NCBI GenBank assembly: GCA_013265495.1
Contig: MU058824.1
Span: 5,110,691-5,174,690, forward strand
Source: Vicugna vicugna
Lineage: Eukaryota
Direction of reading: 5' to 3'
DNA length: 64,000 nucleotides
Both the position numbers and the translations under genes were made by a program. Below the pieces are notes generated by a model. It had not been told where the DNA came from. It worked only from the letters and a program-made list of their open reading frames with translations, and did not search any database. Shown one piece after another: positions 13,208-27,402 of the stretch. Position 1 is the stretch's first letter, and each line of letters starts with the position of its first letter.

Positions 13208-15351
13208 TCATCATACCTCAACTTTAAAAAAGCTCAAAAACTGGCAAAATATGCTCAGTTTTGCTGTGAACTAAAACTGCTCTAAAAAAAATTATGTGTA
13301 TTAATTTTTAAAAAACATGCAAACTACTAGATAGTGTTGGAGTCAGATAATGGGAAAATGGGAGAGAGTAATGACTGAGAGGAAAGGTAAGGTGGGCTTC
13401 TGTTTCTTGACCTGGTGATGGTCATTTGAGTGCATTCACTTTGTGATAATTCAGTGACCATACACTTAAGATCTGTGTACTTTTCTATACATGCAAGTCA
13501 GTAAAAAATTTTTTTAATATACAAATACCAAATCTTCCCTGACCTTTAATAAAAGTCCACTAAAAGCTCCCAAACTTAAAAAATCTTTCTTTAAAAGTTA
13601 GAAAAAATAGTGCAGTAATTTACCCACTCCAGTAGGAACTTAACTTTTTCTGCTTATCTCAAGTCAAACCTAATAGTCCCAGTGGATTCTGGGTTTATAT
13701 AAGAAAGGAGATGTTTTAAAGCCTATCTAGATTCCTTGGGCTCTTATCTACTACATAGATATGTACCATAAACAGGCACAGAAAAAGTACTCAACAAATA
13801 TTTACTAATGATGCACAGCCCAAACTTTAAACAAACTCACATAGCAAAGTCTGAAATACACAGCACAGGTAAAATACACTCAACCTATTGGCCTAAGGAG
13901 TGCAACTTCCAAAAAGCCCACTTCTAGAAACTAAGATATTACATAATGTACTGTCTATAAGGAAGCGAACAATTTGTGACAACAGCTATCTATGGCAAGG
14001 GAAATTGGTCCTTTCCCTCTTCACTGCCGTCTGGCTCAGACAAAGCACAATCAACTTCCTGATAACATAGCTAAACGAAAGGAACCCAGCAGCAACTCTG
14101 CTTCTAAGGGCAAAGACTACTCGAACCATGATATGATGAAAACCCAGCAGCAAGTTGTTAGCTAAGGCAGATGACAATAATGTTGAGTAAATAAGGTGAG
14201 AAGAAAGTACTTGACCTATCTCTCCTTACATCTGAAAACTCTAAAACTACTGTTTCTACTTTCTCACAGTGGTAATAAATCAAAATATATCTTTGGAGTC
14301 TCTCAGGCTAGAATTAACCCACAATCGTTAGGTGTCCTGAGTGTCCATCAGAGTTCACCTTCAAAGAGTTTCCCAGTAGTATCCATTCAGTTAATTAGAT
14401 GGCTGATAAGTGATGATAAATTATGATAAGCTTTTCTAAGGTCAAGTCACGATATAAATCAACTTCCTATAGTTCTCATCACTAATGGCACTGTTATTCT
14501 GTTTTTAAAACACAAGTAATAAATGCTTAATATAGAAAATAATTTTTAAATAATACAAAGAAGTGAAACAAGAAAAGTACATGGAAATCATACATCAAAC
14601 TTAAAAGAGCCAGGGTCTTTGGTCTTTTTGGTAAGCATAAAATATTACCTACTTGCGAAGGACCTGCCTCTAATGGTGGATTGCTGGCCTGAGAGATGCT
14701 GAGGCATTTGGTTTGCTAATGTGTCCAGGTGAGTGTAATTATTATACCAAGAAAACAACAATGAGCAAATCACACAGAAAGTCCAGCTGTAAAGCTGACT
14801 GGAGCTCTACAAACATAATAAAACTATTGACAAGGATGTTCATTGTAGCACTGTTTATAATAGCAAAATTATAAACTATAAATTATATACTGTTTATAAT
14901 ACCAAAATGTATAACAGCAAAACAAATTCTGAATGTTTATCAAAATGAAACTGGTTAAATTATGTATGCATGAATAATGGAATAGCATTTTGCAGCCATT
15001 AAAAGGAATAATTTAAATTCACATAAGCTGACAGGAAACTGCATTATTAAGTTTTTTAAAAGTTGATTAATATTTTATACATCATATATAGAATCTATAT
15101 ACTCATGTAATGAAATGTCTATGATGGGCAAGAAACAGTAAACCTCTAGAGAGTAAGAACAGGGAATGGAGACAGGAGAATTTTTTCCTTTTACTTCATA
15201 TCCTAAACTGTTTGAATTTCTTATCATGCATATACATTACCTCTATAATAAAAACAAAACAATAAAAGCAGTGAACAAAACACTTAACAATGGTGTTGAG
15301 GCAGTGATAGGACCATGATGATTTTTATTTTCTTTTTTGTACTTTTCTGAA

Positions 15352-15447
15352 CTTTTTTTCCTTTTTTTTAATAGAGGTACTGGGGATTGAAACCAGGACC
15401 TCATGCATGCTAAGCACGTGCTCTACCACTGAGCTATACCCACTCCC
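15352..15447 (-). mobile_element. tRNA-Ala-derived SINE (short form)
   Basis: Same tRNA-like head with a poly-A tail, flanked by CTTTTCTG direct repeats. Confidence 0.85.
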
Positions 15448-16489
15448 TTCTTTTCTGCATTTTCTCAATTCTCTATGATTAACAATATACTAGCATATAG
15501 TGCTTTTTATACCCCTAGAACTATTTTTTGTTTTTGATTTTTTAACAAGTCAAGTGTGGTCAGTTCTGGTTCAAATTAGGGAGAGAAATCCATAGCTCAA
15601 TTATGTGGCAATTACAAAGAAATATGAAAAGAATGAATTCTCAAAACACTTCTTTGCTTGGAGAAAGTAGTCATGAATACCAAGACATCAAAATTTAACG
15701 GAAATCAATGATGTAGTTTACTGAAGTTGCTTAAATGGTACTGGCTCCTATGAAAGCAAAAAGATACCAATATTATGAGGAAAGCTGTGCCAAATATTTG
15801 AGGACAGACTAACTGAATTCTATAAAAGAGTAGTTTTTTAAGATTCAAGTCTAACCTTCCACTCAATGTCAAAATTCCTTTTACCACTCATTCAATCTCT
15901 GCTTAAAGTATTCTGTGTCAAAAAAAAAACACAAAAAACCTAAGTAGTCCATTCTATTTGTTAAGAACAACTCTGTTAAAGTTCTTCCTTATATTAAGCT
16001 AAAATCTAATTTCCTGTAATTTTCAATCGCTGGTTGACTCATCCTAGTTATGTCCCCTGGAATCACAGTTTTGTACACAATTTTTATTTACTATTATGAT
16101 CCTCTCCTTAAATCTTCTCAAAAACTAAACCTCTGAATTCCCCAAATAGTTTCTACCTTCTTCACTATTCTAATTATTCTCCTCTGAAGAAATTCTAGTT
16201 TCTCAGTGTGTCCCTTAGAATCCAATACCCTCACTGGACACAAAATTCCAGATCTATCTGACCAGTGCTATTATCTCCTTTGTCTGGGTCACCATGAGCC
16301 TAACAGCACAAGACTAGTAGCTAGGGAGCACACAATTCATTGCCAAATTAGTGGCACTGTTCAGACCATAAGTAATTTATGTTTAAAGGAGTTTAAAAGA
16401 TTACAGAATGTAAAGGAGAAAAATCACTGCAGAGTGAGGAACTGAGGAAGTTTTCAACAACAAAAGTTGACTAAGCTGGAAGAGAATAC

Positions 16490-16647
16490 TTTTTTTTAAT
16501 TGAAGTATAGTTATAGTTGATTTACAATGTTGTGTTAGTTTCTGGTATACAACAGAGTGATTTAGTTATACACATATATATATTCTTTTTCATATTCTTT
16601 TTCATTATAGGTTATTACAAGCTATTGAATACAGTTCCCTGTGCTAC
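16490..16647 (-). mobile_element. L1 3' terminal fragment
   Basis: Reverse complement of the same L1 tail as at 7800-7975. Confidence 0.75.
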
Positions 16648-18729
16648 CCTTTTTGAAAGAAATATTTTTTGATAAGCAGAAAAACACAGAAAGACTATCT
16701 GAAAGACTATTTCAGAGGTGCAAAAGTATAACAGTGCAAAGGCGGGAATAAACAAAGTTAGTGCTAGAGCAAAGTATCTCTTTAAGGATAGGCAAGGATA
16801 TAGGGCCAAAAAGGAGAGCTGGAGTCAGATTATTTAGAGCCCTTAACCTGCAGGCAATATGGCATGATTAAAGGGTAAAATCAAGAAATTGACTTCTTGA
16901 CTGAGATATCTGAGAATAATTAAATCAAACCAGCTTACCAATTTCTGCATCAAGTTAACTGAATTTTAACTACATGGGAAAAGTTTCAAACTCAGTTCTA
17001 CTCCAAGATGAACTGAAATTTAGTTGTTATATAATGTCACTACACAGGCTTCTTGTAGAATATGAACAACATTCCTTACTGCCAAAATATAATGCAAAGA
17101 ATGTCATTTTAGAAATTCTTATTTTGATCCATTTCTGTAAGTTTCCCCAGGATGAATACTTTGCCATTTAAGGCGAATACTTCTATACAAAGCAGCCGTT
17201 TGTTTCAGTAATTAATAATCTTCAAAAGACAATGACCTGCTGGTCTCTAATCCTCCAGGGTTAAAAGGAGAAATTTGACTAATGTAACATTAAAAGAGAA
17301 AGAACTTAGCTAAATAGCAGAATTTCTAGAAAATGAAAGCTGCCTTTCATTTAGAACAAATGAAAACAGTCGCTGCTCCTTCTCTGAAGTTTAAGTTCAA
17401 TTAAATAGGAATTTCTGGTTTAACAGAGCTCCTGCCTGAAAAATCTTTCATAAGGGCTAGCTCTGTAATACGGTATAGCAATACAGATTTAAATTGACCA
17501 AGAGACATTGCAAAACCCAACCTCTCCCAAATCCTGCTACTCAACAGCAGGGATCTAAAGGAATAAATAGATTCCCAGCTGCTGAGAGAAAAAGCAAAGC
17601 AAAATTCTCATTAATGAAAAATCAACCATGAAAGAAGAAAACTTCTCTGTGTTTCATAATCCCTGGAAATAGCCAAATCCATTCTGAGTTAATGCAGATT
17701 TAACAAAACAGTAAAAGAGAACACAGGAAAGCAGGTCTGTTTGCCAAAAGCTGGGGGAAACACTTAACAGTGAAACCACAAACAACAATGCTTCTAATCC
17801 ACAGAGCCAAAAGAAACATGAACTCAATCCAGTAAAGGGTACTAGGAAAAGGTTCTTGGGGATAAATTCTCTCTCACTCACAATCAAGCCACCTTATCCC
17901 ATCTTGTTCAACCATGATAGGCTGTAACTTGAATTTCCCAGGATGAAATTCAATGGGTAATCCAAACCCCGCTTCTTCTGGTCAGATAATCTCTAAAATC
18001 ACAGTCCTTGCATTCATTCAAAACCAGCAATGAGCTTCTACCATGTCAGGCACCTGGAATACAAAAACCATTCAGAAACAAGTCTCTACCCTCAAGGAGC
18101 TTACTTAAATCCATGCACCGTGCCTCATCTTAAATCCCAAAGCTCTTGCCTTGAAGTACCTTCGGTGGGTCAAGCGTCCTCAGTGGAAAATCAGTAAAAG
18201 CCTTCACCTTTAGTTACTGTCATAGAAGCTAAGTAAAGAAGTAAATCATACTTCATATGCTCTGCTCCAAAAGGAGCGAAGCCGACACACCCTTCCAAGT
18301 CGAATAAGAGAATAATCTTAGCCTAGACTACACGGAAGGCGCAGGTGACAAAGACAAGCAATAGAGGGGTGCAAGCTAAAAAATACACTGTAAGGAGGTA
18401 TGTGACAGGTGTACCACTCACTACACGTTCAAAGCGTGATAAAAAGAACCTGCTACCACTAAGCCAACTGTGGCTGTACGGTGCAGGGAGAAGGAAGAAA
18501 AGAACAGAGGACTGCCTGCTGTTACCAGACACCAACTCTCCGCGGTCCCTAGCTCGTCCACTCTCGCTAGAGGAGAGCGACAGTCCTTGTTTAAGAGGAT
18601 CTGGGCCTGCCAGCCAACACTGTCACACGGCCACCAGAACGGAGAGGTAACAGCCCCTCAAAGGAGCATGAGGAAAAAGAGAGCGGGAAAGAACTCTTTT
18701 AATGTTTATAAATGAGTTAACGTAATTGT

Positions 18730-19400
18730 TCCGTGACGCACAGGCGGGAAGTGAAGTTTGGGAAAGGTGTTAATCCAACGCCCACGGGAGGCTCGTAGAG
18801 ACCCCTCCGCGCCCTCCAACCCCAATCCGCGCACTCACCGCGTACGCAAAGCAGCGACATGGCCGAGGCGCCGGCGAGCCTCCGCCGAACCTCCGCCGCG
18901 TCGCCGCACCCGGCCGCTCCTTCTTTGCTCTCAGCAGGTGCTCCCGCTGCTCCCGCTATCGGCCTCGCGGGTCTGGCCGCTCCTCATGGTACCCGTCGCA
19001 GGCAGCGTCCTGCCGCTCTCTCGGACCCGCTCCAATTTTCACCGTCTGAGCCGGCCCCGGATAGCGGTGAGTACCGGCCGGCAGGCGGGAGACTGGGCGC
19101 GGCACCGCGGCGCCATCGCTGGGAGGCAGGAGCGAGCGGGACTCCCTCCCCTCACTCCACTCGGGATCCGATCGAGCGCCGGGAGGGAGCCAACCCGGGG
19201 TGCCCCGCCTCCCAGCCAATCAACTCACGCCTAGTCCGCCGACCCCGCCCCCCTACGAGCACATAGGAGGTGGAGTCCCCTTCCTCTTTCCTTAGTGAAA
19301 GAATGAAGGCAGCTCCGCCCACTAATACGGCTTAAGGCAGAGAGGGGCGGGTTTCCCCCCTCACCTGTGCGAGGCGGGAATTGAAGCCTTCTGCTCCTCC
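18730..19400 (-). promoter_or_regulatory. CpG island / promoter and 5'UTR of UNC13B
   Basis: High GC and CpG density, GC boxes (CCCCGCCCCC ~19243, CTCCGCCC ~19313) and a CCAAT at ~19216. Confidence 0.8.
18839..18860 (-). CDS. UNC13B: UNC13B (Munc13-2) first coding exon, MSLLCVR + 1 nt; rest of the gene lies left of the window
   Basis: Minus strand reads GCC-ATG TCG CTG CTT TGC GTA CGC G|GTGAGT inside a CpG island. MSLLCVR is the recalled Munc13-2 N-terminus, and the position next to FAM214B-STOML2-PIGO fits the human synteny. Confidence 0.9.
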
Positions 19401-19829
19401 TACATGGGCGTGGCTTTCACCCAAGAACAGATTATTTTCATTGAAGAATTTCCATTGGACTTCCTTAAAGAGTCTGTCCCTTACAGCTGACGGAGTACCT
19501 ACCTGTAATAATTTAACAAGATAGTACCAAACAGCAAGTAAGTTTTAATTAGCAACTACGGAAAAAAAAAAGCGTAAAGTAAAATGTCTGGAGACCTCAG
19601 TTCTTATCCAGACCTTTTTTCATGCGCTCCATTGTATTTCCAATGTCTTTAATACTGCCTAGTATATAGTAATCAGTCCGTAAATATTTACTGAATGAAG
19701 GATGGAGGGATTAGATAGTCGTTTTAAACTGAAGACTTCTGGCAAGATGATGTATATACATGCAAGGAAGTGAAAAATACCAGAGCGGAAAACAGGAAGG
19801 TGCATAGTATGATAAACAGATCCTAGTAT

Positions 19830-19960
19830 GATGCACAGATCCGATGCCTCCTCCAACCCAAAATTAGGATTTAATTGGTTTGGGATAGAGCTCAGGCATC
19901 GTATCTTTTGAAAGCTCCCCAGATGATTCTAATGTGATGCCAGGGTTGAGCACCATTAAA
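19830..19960. mobile_element. MER5A-like hAT MITE remnant
   Basis: AAAGCTCCCCAGATGATTCTAATGTG...CCAGGGTTGAG end motif. Confidence 0.6.
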
Positions 19961-20594
19961 CTAGATGCTTCCTAAGTCCTCATTAGCCCAGCTCAAGTTT
20001 CCCCGTTTGCAAGCACTTGGCCCAGTAGGATTCTGCCTGCCAGACTTGGGGACGGTCTATTAAATAAACAGGGTCTTTGCCCTCTAAAAGCAAACCTAGT
20101 TACCATATGATTCCTCTCACTGGAATAGGTGCTATGAGAGAGTGACGCTCCAAATGCTGTAACTAGGAACCTGGAGAAGGAAAGGAGAAGACTTGATCTA
20201 TCCAGTGTTTATCCAAATTTGGAGAAATACCCTAAGGAAGATTTTGAGCAGGGCAACTCAGCCAGCCTAATCAACAAAGATGCCTGACCCTAAAGACAAT
20301 AGGCAATCTCTGGCCTGCTGGAAGTTGAAATACTTAGCTATTTAGCCCAGCTGTTCTAAACTGCAAGAGCCAGGGACTAAAAATGTGTTGAACTTCTGGT
20401 TTCTGGAACTGACTGAGAATAGAGACAACAAAAAACAAACTTCTTCTCGAACCAGGGATTCTCCTAGGGGATGCAGTGGCCAGCCAACAACGGATGGAAA
20501 GTCACACTGCCCTTGAAAACAGCATAGACGAGTGGGAAACAACCTAATAAAATTGTGAAGAGCATGAACTTTGGAGCCAATCACATTCACCTGG

Positions 20595-21095
20595 TATATT
20601 ATCTATTGTCATGTGACAAATTACCCCAAAATTTAGGGGCCTAAAACAACACTTATCATCTCACAGTTTCTGTGGGTCAAGAATCTGGGTATGGCTTAAT
20701 TTGATCCTCTGATTAAAGGTTTCTCCACAGTCTGCAATTCAAGTGCCATCGTGACTGCAGAAGGATCCACTTCCCACCTCACTCATATGACTGTCATCAG
20801 GACTCAGTTTCTCCGGGACTCAAACTGAGAGCCTCAATTTCTTATTGGCTATATGGACCTCTCCAGTATGGCAGCTTGCTTCATCAAAGCATACAACCTG
20901 AGAAGGCAATAGAGTCTACTAGCAAAACAGAAGACACAATCTTTTGTAACCTAATAATAGAAGTGACACCTCATTTTTTGCTGTATTCTATTCATCAGAA
21001 GCAAGTCATGCTTAAGGGAAGGGGATTACACGAGGACATGAATACCACCCGGCAGCAGGATCACTGGGGGGCCATCTTAGAATTCTGCCTACCAT
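20595..21095. mobile_element. MLT1 (MaLR) LTR inserted into a MIR
   Basis: ACAAATTACCCCAAAATTTAG...TCTCACAGTTTCTGTGGGTCAAGAATCTGGG...GGGGCCATCTTAGAATTCTGCCTACCA, with MIR-like flanks (~20555-20590, 21097-21270). Confidence 0.75.
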
Positions 21096-23163
21096 ACCTG
21101 GATTTGAGTCCTCGCTCTGGTACTTGTGACCTTGAGCAAGCTATGTGACCTCAATTTCCCAGGGAATAAATAATAGTACCTACTTCATAAGATGGTTTTT
21201 GAGGTTTAAATGAGTAAATGCATTTAAATTACCTGGTACATACTAAGTGCCCCATACATATTCGTTATTACTTAGATTGTGGGCATGAGAGGGGAATGTG
21301 GCTGGGAGGTAGTAAGAGACTAAGCAGAGCAGGAGTCATTGTCTGAGAGTTGTGTTGTAGGCTCTGAGGCATCCCAGTTTCCCCGTTAAAAGTTTGGAGG
21401 AAGGAAGCAATAGAGTCCTCTGCTCTCCAGGCACTCGACCAGGACCAGTTAGACTCAACAGCAAGACAACTGTGCCTTCAGAAGAAACTCAAATGGGGAT
21501 AGAAAGCCAGAGCCTCCATGCCCCACTGTCTTCATTAGTTTTTCCAGAACAGTACTTAAGTTCTTCAGCATTTGAATGGAATTCACACTTAGATTTAGCT
21601 GGCAGGTGGCTGAGAGCTAAGATTCTAAGATCCAGGAAATGAGGAAGAATGAGAGAGGGACCCAAGAAAGTAGGTAATAAAGGGAACCCAAGAATCTCAA
21701 GGATAAACCCAAAATACCCAGGATTGTCTTTACTGATGTGTTTTTTGGGAGTTCTCAGGTAGAAGGAGCAGACTAGCATAAGAACCCTTTTGCAGGGGAC
21801 CCTCTACCAACTTTATGACTATCTTTAAGCCATGCTCCAAGGCCATTAAAATGTTACCCTGCCTGCAAGTTCCATATCTTTTGGGAAATGTTTTCCAATG
21901 TCTCCATAGAGAAATTTAATAAAAGTAACTCAATTCAACAAATATTTATTAAGTACCTTTTAGGTCAGGCATAGAGAAAGCATACAAAGGTAAATAAATC
22001 ATCCTTATCCTTAAATAGTTTTATAAGGTGATAGGAAAGATCTGTGACAGATAATGAGGAAGAACTAAACCAGGGCAATAAATAGGGAACTGGGGGTCGG
22101 GGGAGGAGAAGGACAATCCCCTTAACATTTCCCATGATGTTAAGGAGCCAAAAGTGATAGAACTTGGCACATGATGACTATGAATATAGTAGAGAATATC
22201 CTTTCTTTTGTTGCCAATGATTGCATGAGAAGGCAAGGGAGAGAGCTTTAAAGTCAGATTGGCTAAAAGGAAGATGCTGCAATTAATGAGAGATAGGAAA
22301 TCCAGCAAGAATAGTTTGGGGAAAAAGAAGTATTTCCTTTGAAAACATATATTAAGTTTGAGATTGCCTGGGATAACCTTCAGATATACTCATTAGACAG
22401 CAGATGATGTAGAATTGGATACTGAGAGAGCAGTCCAGGCTATAGATAGAGATTTCAATCAACCAAGATATAATTACTTTAGCCCCTATTTTGTTGATAA
22501 ATAAAATGAGGGAAATCCAGAGCACAAACCCAGTTGTATCATTCACCAGAACTCAGGCAGTTAGCCATAATGTTATATTGCCTTTCAAGTACCAGAGGAA
22601 TTGAGCAGAAGCTATGCAAGGAATCAAGACAGGCTTCACAAGGGGAGTAGCATATAAGGGAGATGGATCTTAAAGTATAGAAAGGACTGGACATGAAAAG
22701 AAGGAAGAAAAAGCATTCCACACACAGAAAATAAATAACATAAACAAATCAGGACATGAAAACACCAAACTGTACAGGTATTTAAGAATAAGCTGCAACG
22801 ATTTTGAAAGTTGGAGCTGTAATTTTGCCAGGAGACTACAGAATGAGAAACGAGCAAATGTCAGCTTACAGAGAACATCTACTGGAAGTAGGAAGAAGAG
22901 AAAGAAAAGGAATGGTCAGAGAGAAAAACAGGAAAATAAGCAAACCAGTTGTACACACTTCCATTATAAATCTTACCTTATTGAAGAGTAATTGCATATC
23001 TATCTGTTCTTTAGACATTTCCAGAGCTCCCCATCAGCAAAGTATATATTTTCCCTATCTTTCCTAACACAGAGCACATCTGACCTAGATGCCCCAAACA
23101 AGATTTACTGACTAATTGAATAAATGAATGTGAGTGAATGAGAATGTTTTAAGACTTGGTTAT

Positions 23164-23715
23164 TGTCAAAAGGATACAAAGCTGGATATTAGTCAAAATT
23201 GTGAGGACAGATTTCAATCAGTAATATACTGTTGCAATAAGGAAAATGGTTTAGTATGAACTGAACTCCACTTCAATTTGTACAGAAGTGACTGGGAATT
23301 TTAAAGGGAGAATGAAAGAATAGGGAGGAGGTTGAGAGGGTAGGCTCAGTAGACTCAGATAAGTGAAAAATTACAAGATGCTAGAAGGGAAGGGGTTGGT
23401 CCATACAAAATACACCCGGGTTTGCTAACTGGTGCTTATTGAAGTTAGGCTCCTACCCTCCCACAGAGACTCGGAGACAGGGGCCTGATCTTTAGGTGTT
23501 GGCTGGAACAAACAGTAAATTTTTTTTGACAGCCTTGAGTGTTCTCAAGCAGATTCTTTAAGAGAGGCTAGAGTCATCCTTAGGAATGCAATCTTGAGCT
23601 GTTAGAAACTATGTTAGTGTTTGTTCAAGTGTTTATAGGCTAAGGTTGAGGACAAGTCCAAAAGAGGGCTCAGTGGAACCTGGCTAGAGTTTGGTCAACG
23701 AGAGAATCTTTGTCA
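23164..23715. mobile_element. Solo LTR (ERV class, family unassigned)
   Basis: ~550 bp with TGTCAAA...TTTGTCA termini and near-TSD TTAT/TTAG. Confidence 0.55.
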
Positions 23716-23747
23716 TTAGTAAGTATTATTGAATGCTGCAGAGATCT

Positions 23748-24550
23748 CTTTTTAACGGCTTTATTGAGATAAAATTTATATATCATAAAATCACCTGTTT
23801 CAAGTGTACAATTCAATGATTTTTAGTAAATTTTCAAAGTTGTGCAACCATTACCACAATCTAATTTTAGAACATTTCCATTGTTCCCCCAAAAGGCCCC
23901 TTGTATACATTTGCAGTCACTCTCTGTTCCCATCTCTAACCCCAGGCAATTATTAATCTATTCTTTACCTCTATAAACTTGCTTTTCTGTACCTTTCCAT
24001 GTAAATGGAACTATGCAATGACAAAAAGACACCATGTCTTTTCTGTCTGGCTCCATTCACTTAATATAATGTTTTTGAGATTTATCTATATTGCAACATT
24101 TATCAATACTTCATTGCTTTTTAGTGATGAATAGTATCCCATTGCATGGATAGGATTTTGTTTGTCTATTCACTATTTGATGGACATTTGAGTTGTTTGC
24201 AGTTTGGGACTATTGAGACCAATGCTACCATGAATAATCACATATAGGTCTGTGTGTGGATATAAGAAACTGTCAAATTGTTTTTCAAAGTAGCCACCCC
24301 ATATTTCATTCCCACCAGCAATGTATAAGGATTTCAATTTTTCCATATCTGTACTAACACTTGTTTGTTGTAGCCATTTTAGATGTGTATTTATGTAGTG
24401 ATATCTCATGATTTTAATTTGCATCTCTCTAAAGGCAAATAATGTTGAGCACCTTTTCATGTGCTTCTTAGGAATTCATGTATCTTCTTTGGTGAAATGC
24501 ATCCTATTAAGTACTTTGCCCATTTTTAATTAGGTTTGTCTTCTTGTTAT
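23748..24550 (-). mobile_element. Old L1 3' end (ORF2 tail and 3'UTR)
   Basis: Minus-strand ORF MKRCSTLFAFREMQIKIMRYH resembles the L1 ORF2 C-terminus; typical 3'UTR text follows. Confidence 0.8.
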
Positions 24551-26629
24551 GCTGCAGAGATCTTGAGGACTGAGCAAGGGCCTTTGAATTTGGCAATTTG
24601 AGATCACTGCTATGGTAGACAATTGTCATTTGGGGAGCTTCCCAACATTTTAAAAACACATTATATTTCACACTTTTCTAGAACCTAGACATTCATCTTC
24701 CTAGTTTCACAATGGCTTCCTTATCCACCTTCTCTCAGGCTTCAAAACAGAAGAAGCCATCATGAAGAGGCAGGTGCCCTGTGGATTATATTCTCCGAAG
24801 AAGGCAGTGTTTGGGCCTCCAGCTTTCAGAGTCAGTAGTGACAGGTGATCTGGTCTAAGTCATGGACCTCTGTGACATTTGTTGTGAAGTCTATGCCCAG
24901 GCCAATGGCAATTGGGGTCTTTGCCAGTTTAGTTCTGTGGTATAATTTGGGTACTTCTCATTCTTGACTGCTTAGCCTCCAAGCTTTCCAGAGATTATAT
25001 GAATTTCCCAATGACCCAATTTTTTTTTTCTGCTCAAACTAGCTAGAGTGGATTCTACTGTTTGCAAGAAGAATCACAACTGGTGACCTTTGAAGGTTTT
25101 CAAAGGCAGAACCTGAATCCATACTGAAAACTGATAAAGAATAAAAGAAGTAAAGGTAACAAATTGTAGACACTTCTTTAAAATGTCTGACATTTAGGAG
25201 ATTTATTAACGTATCACAAATCCAAAAGAAAATGCAAATTAAAAAAGTCAAGAAATAATTTTCAACCTATGAAATTAGCAAAATTAGAGAAAAGTTATAA
25301 ATCCCAAAGCAGCAAAACTAGACTAGAAATGTTACTCCCATGCTTAAAATCCATGCTTTCCCTGGCATGGCTGGAACACAGTAACTATTGTCAAATGAAC
25401 AAAATTCCACTTGTGGGAAATATATTTCATGAAAATAATTCAAATAGAGAAGGAAAACCCTGTGCAAAAAGACACTTGTACAAAGATTATCTTACTAGTG
25501 AAATCTGAAAATCAATGCCGAACAATTCAAAGAATTCCAATAAATCATTTATTCATTCCTATTAAGTAATTACTGAATACCTATTTATGAGTAACACTGT
25601 AATCTTATACAAAGAGACAAATATCAGAAGAGGTGGCCATACAAGAGATGCAGGGGTTCATACATTTAAGAAAAATTTATTGACTATCTATGAGGTACTA
25701 CACATAGTGCTACAAATACAAAAAGGGACAAGACATTCCTTCAAAGAATGCACAGTCGGGATAAACAGACTGTGAAAAGTGCTATAATCATGGTTAGGAT
25801 AAAGAAGACAATTGTTTGTGCATATGTACTTAGAGGTTTTAGAGCTGCTTAAATACTTAAAAAGTTGGGGTTATTTTAACTTAGCAAATACACACAGACT
25901 CACTTTTACTTTCAAGAATAGACAAAAATACATACCTCTCTTCATGAGTTTAAGTCTAGGAAGAATGAGATTGCTTGGATAATTGGAATCCACAAATGAT
26001 TCCAAAAACTTAATTTTAGCCAACTTTTCAAACCTTAACTATCCACTCTCCCCTAGGACGTCGTGACAAAGGAACAGAATGAAATAGCAGGAAAAGCACT
26101 GAGCCAGTCTTCCCAGTTCTATTATTACATACTTCCTACAGTGTACCAGATGTCAGAGCTGGGCTGGACTTCAGCGATTGTCTAGTGCATCCTCAGGCAG
26201 GGAAACAAGATATACAGAGTAGAAGTAACTAGAATAGGATCGACTGCAAAGTAAGCTTCTGAGTTTCAGTTCCATGGCCTCCATCACAGGGCCACTGAGA
26301 ATTTAAAAATGCAGCAATTATGAACACGTGAATGGTAAAGCCCTCTGCAAATAAGATGACTTTTCCTTAGAACCTGGGGCAAAGCCTCATGATAGATGCA
26401 GGAGGCAGACATGAGACCTGGCCTGGCTGCTGCCAGCTCTCTTCCTATAGCTCACTTCTTAACTTGGTCTAGCCACGCTGGCCTTCTTTATTCCCCTTAA
26501 AAAGCACCAGATTCATGCCCTCAAATCCTTTGCTGTGCTTCCCTGCAGCGTTTCACCGCTGGGGGTTGGGGTGCAAGCTGCTGTGCGGGGTTTGGAAGCC
26601 TCAGGCTCATGAGTGTGCAGGGTGTGTTC

Positions 26630-26683
26630 ATGCGTGCGTGTGTGTGTGTGTGTGTGTGTGTTTGTGTGTGTTTACGTGTATGT
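26630..26683. repeat. (TG)n microsatellite
   Basis: Seen directly. Confidence 0.9.
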
Positions 26684-26990
26684 GACTGAGGTGTCTGTAT
26701 GGGTTGCCTTTTGGTAGCTTTGAGATGGTCACCAGATTGTTTTGTAATGACCACCCCCTTGCCTCAGTATTTCCAGTTTCTTGTGTAGTAAACAATCAGC
26801 AGCTAAAAAAAAAAAGCACCAAATCCATTTCTACCTTAAGATTTCTGCATTTATTATTCCCAGTGCTAGTACAGTCTGCCCTGCAATCTCTGCCCATCTG
26901 ACCCATTCTTGTCCTTAACCCACAGGTACCTCTTCAGTAATGTCTTTCCTGGCTACCCAATCTAAATGCATTCCCATCACTCTACAGTAT

Positions 26991-27402
26991 TGTTACGGAA
27001 ATGACAGGCCAGCCAAGAAACAAGCACCACTCAGAGGGTTGGAGTACTCAGATGTATTACGCCAGCAGGCTCAGAGGGGCTTCTGCTCCGAAGCTCTGAG
27101 CACCTCCAAGACGTGCACATGAGGTTTTATAGGGTTAAGTACAAGCTTGGGGTATTCGGCCAATAGGCATGAAACAGCTTTAGCAGCATCATTATCACAA
27201 AAGTGGAGGCAGGGAGGCAGCAAACCAACATTCCAAAGCCAGATATATCTCTTTGAAAATCCAGCTGGCTAGCAAAAAAAACATGAACAGCAAACCAACA
27301 CTAATTAACTTAGATTTATGAGTTAGTCCAGCAGAACTCAGATCAGTATACCGATACTAGATTTGTGAGTTATCTTGTTAGCCCAGCCCAGCTTTTCCTT
27401 CA
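26991..27402 (-). mobile_element. Solo ERV LTR
   Basis: TGTTACGG...CCTTCA termini, ~410 bp, interrupting L2-like sequence. Confidence 0.55.

Noticed and set aside
1..18838. Further UNC13B coding exons
   Set aside because: I saw no sequence encoding the expected continuation (VKRAKFQG...); isolated donor-like sites lack supporting evidence.
18758..19266. Plus-strand ORFs of 158 and 135 aa, with a GTGAGT donor at ~19067, antisense to UNC13B
   Set aside because: Stop-poor CpG-island sequence; the ATG at 18859 is just the mirror of UNC13B's GCCATG, and no domain is recognisable. An antisense RNA cannot be excluded.
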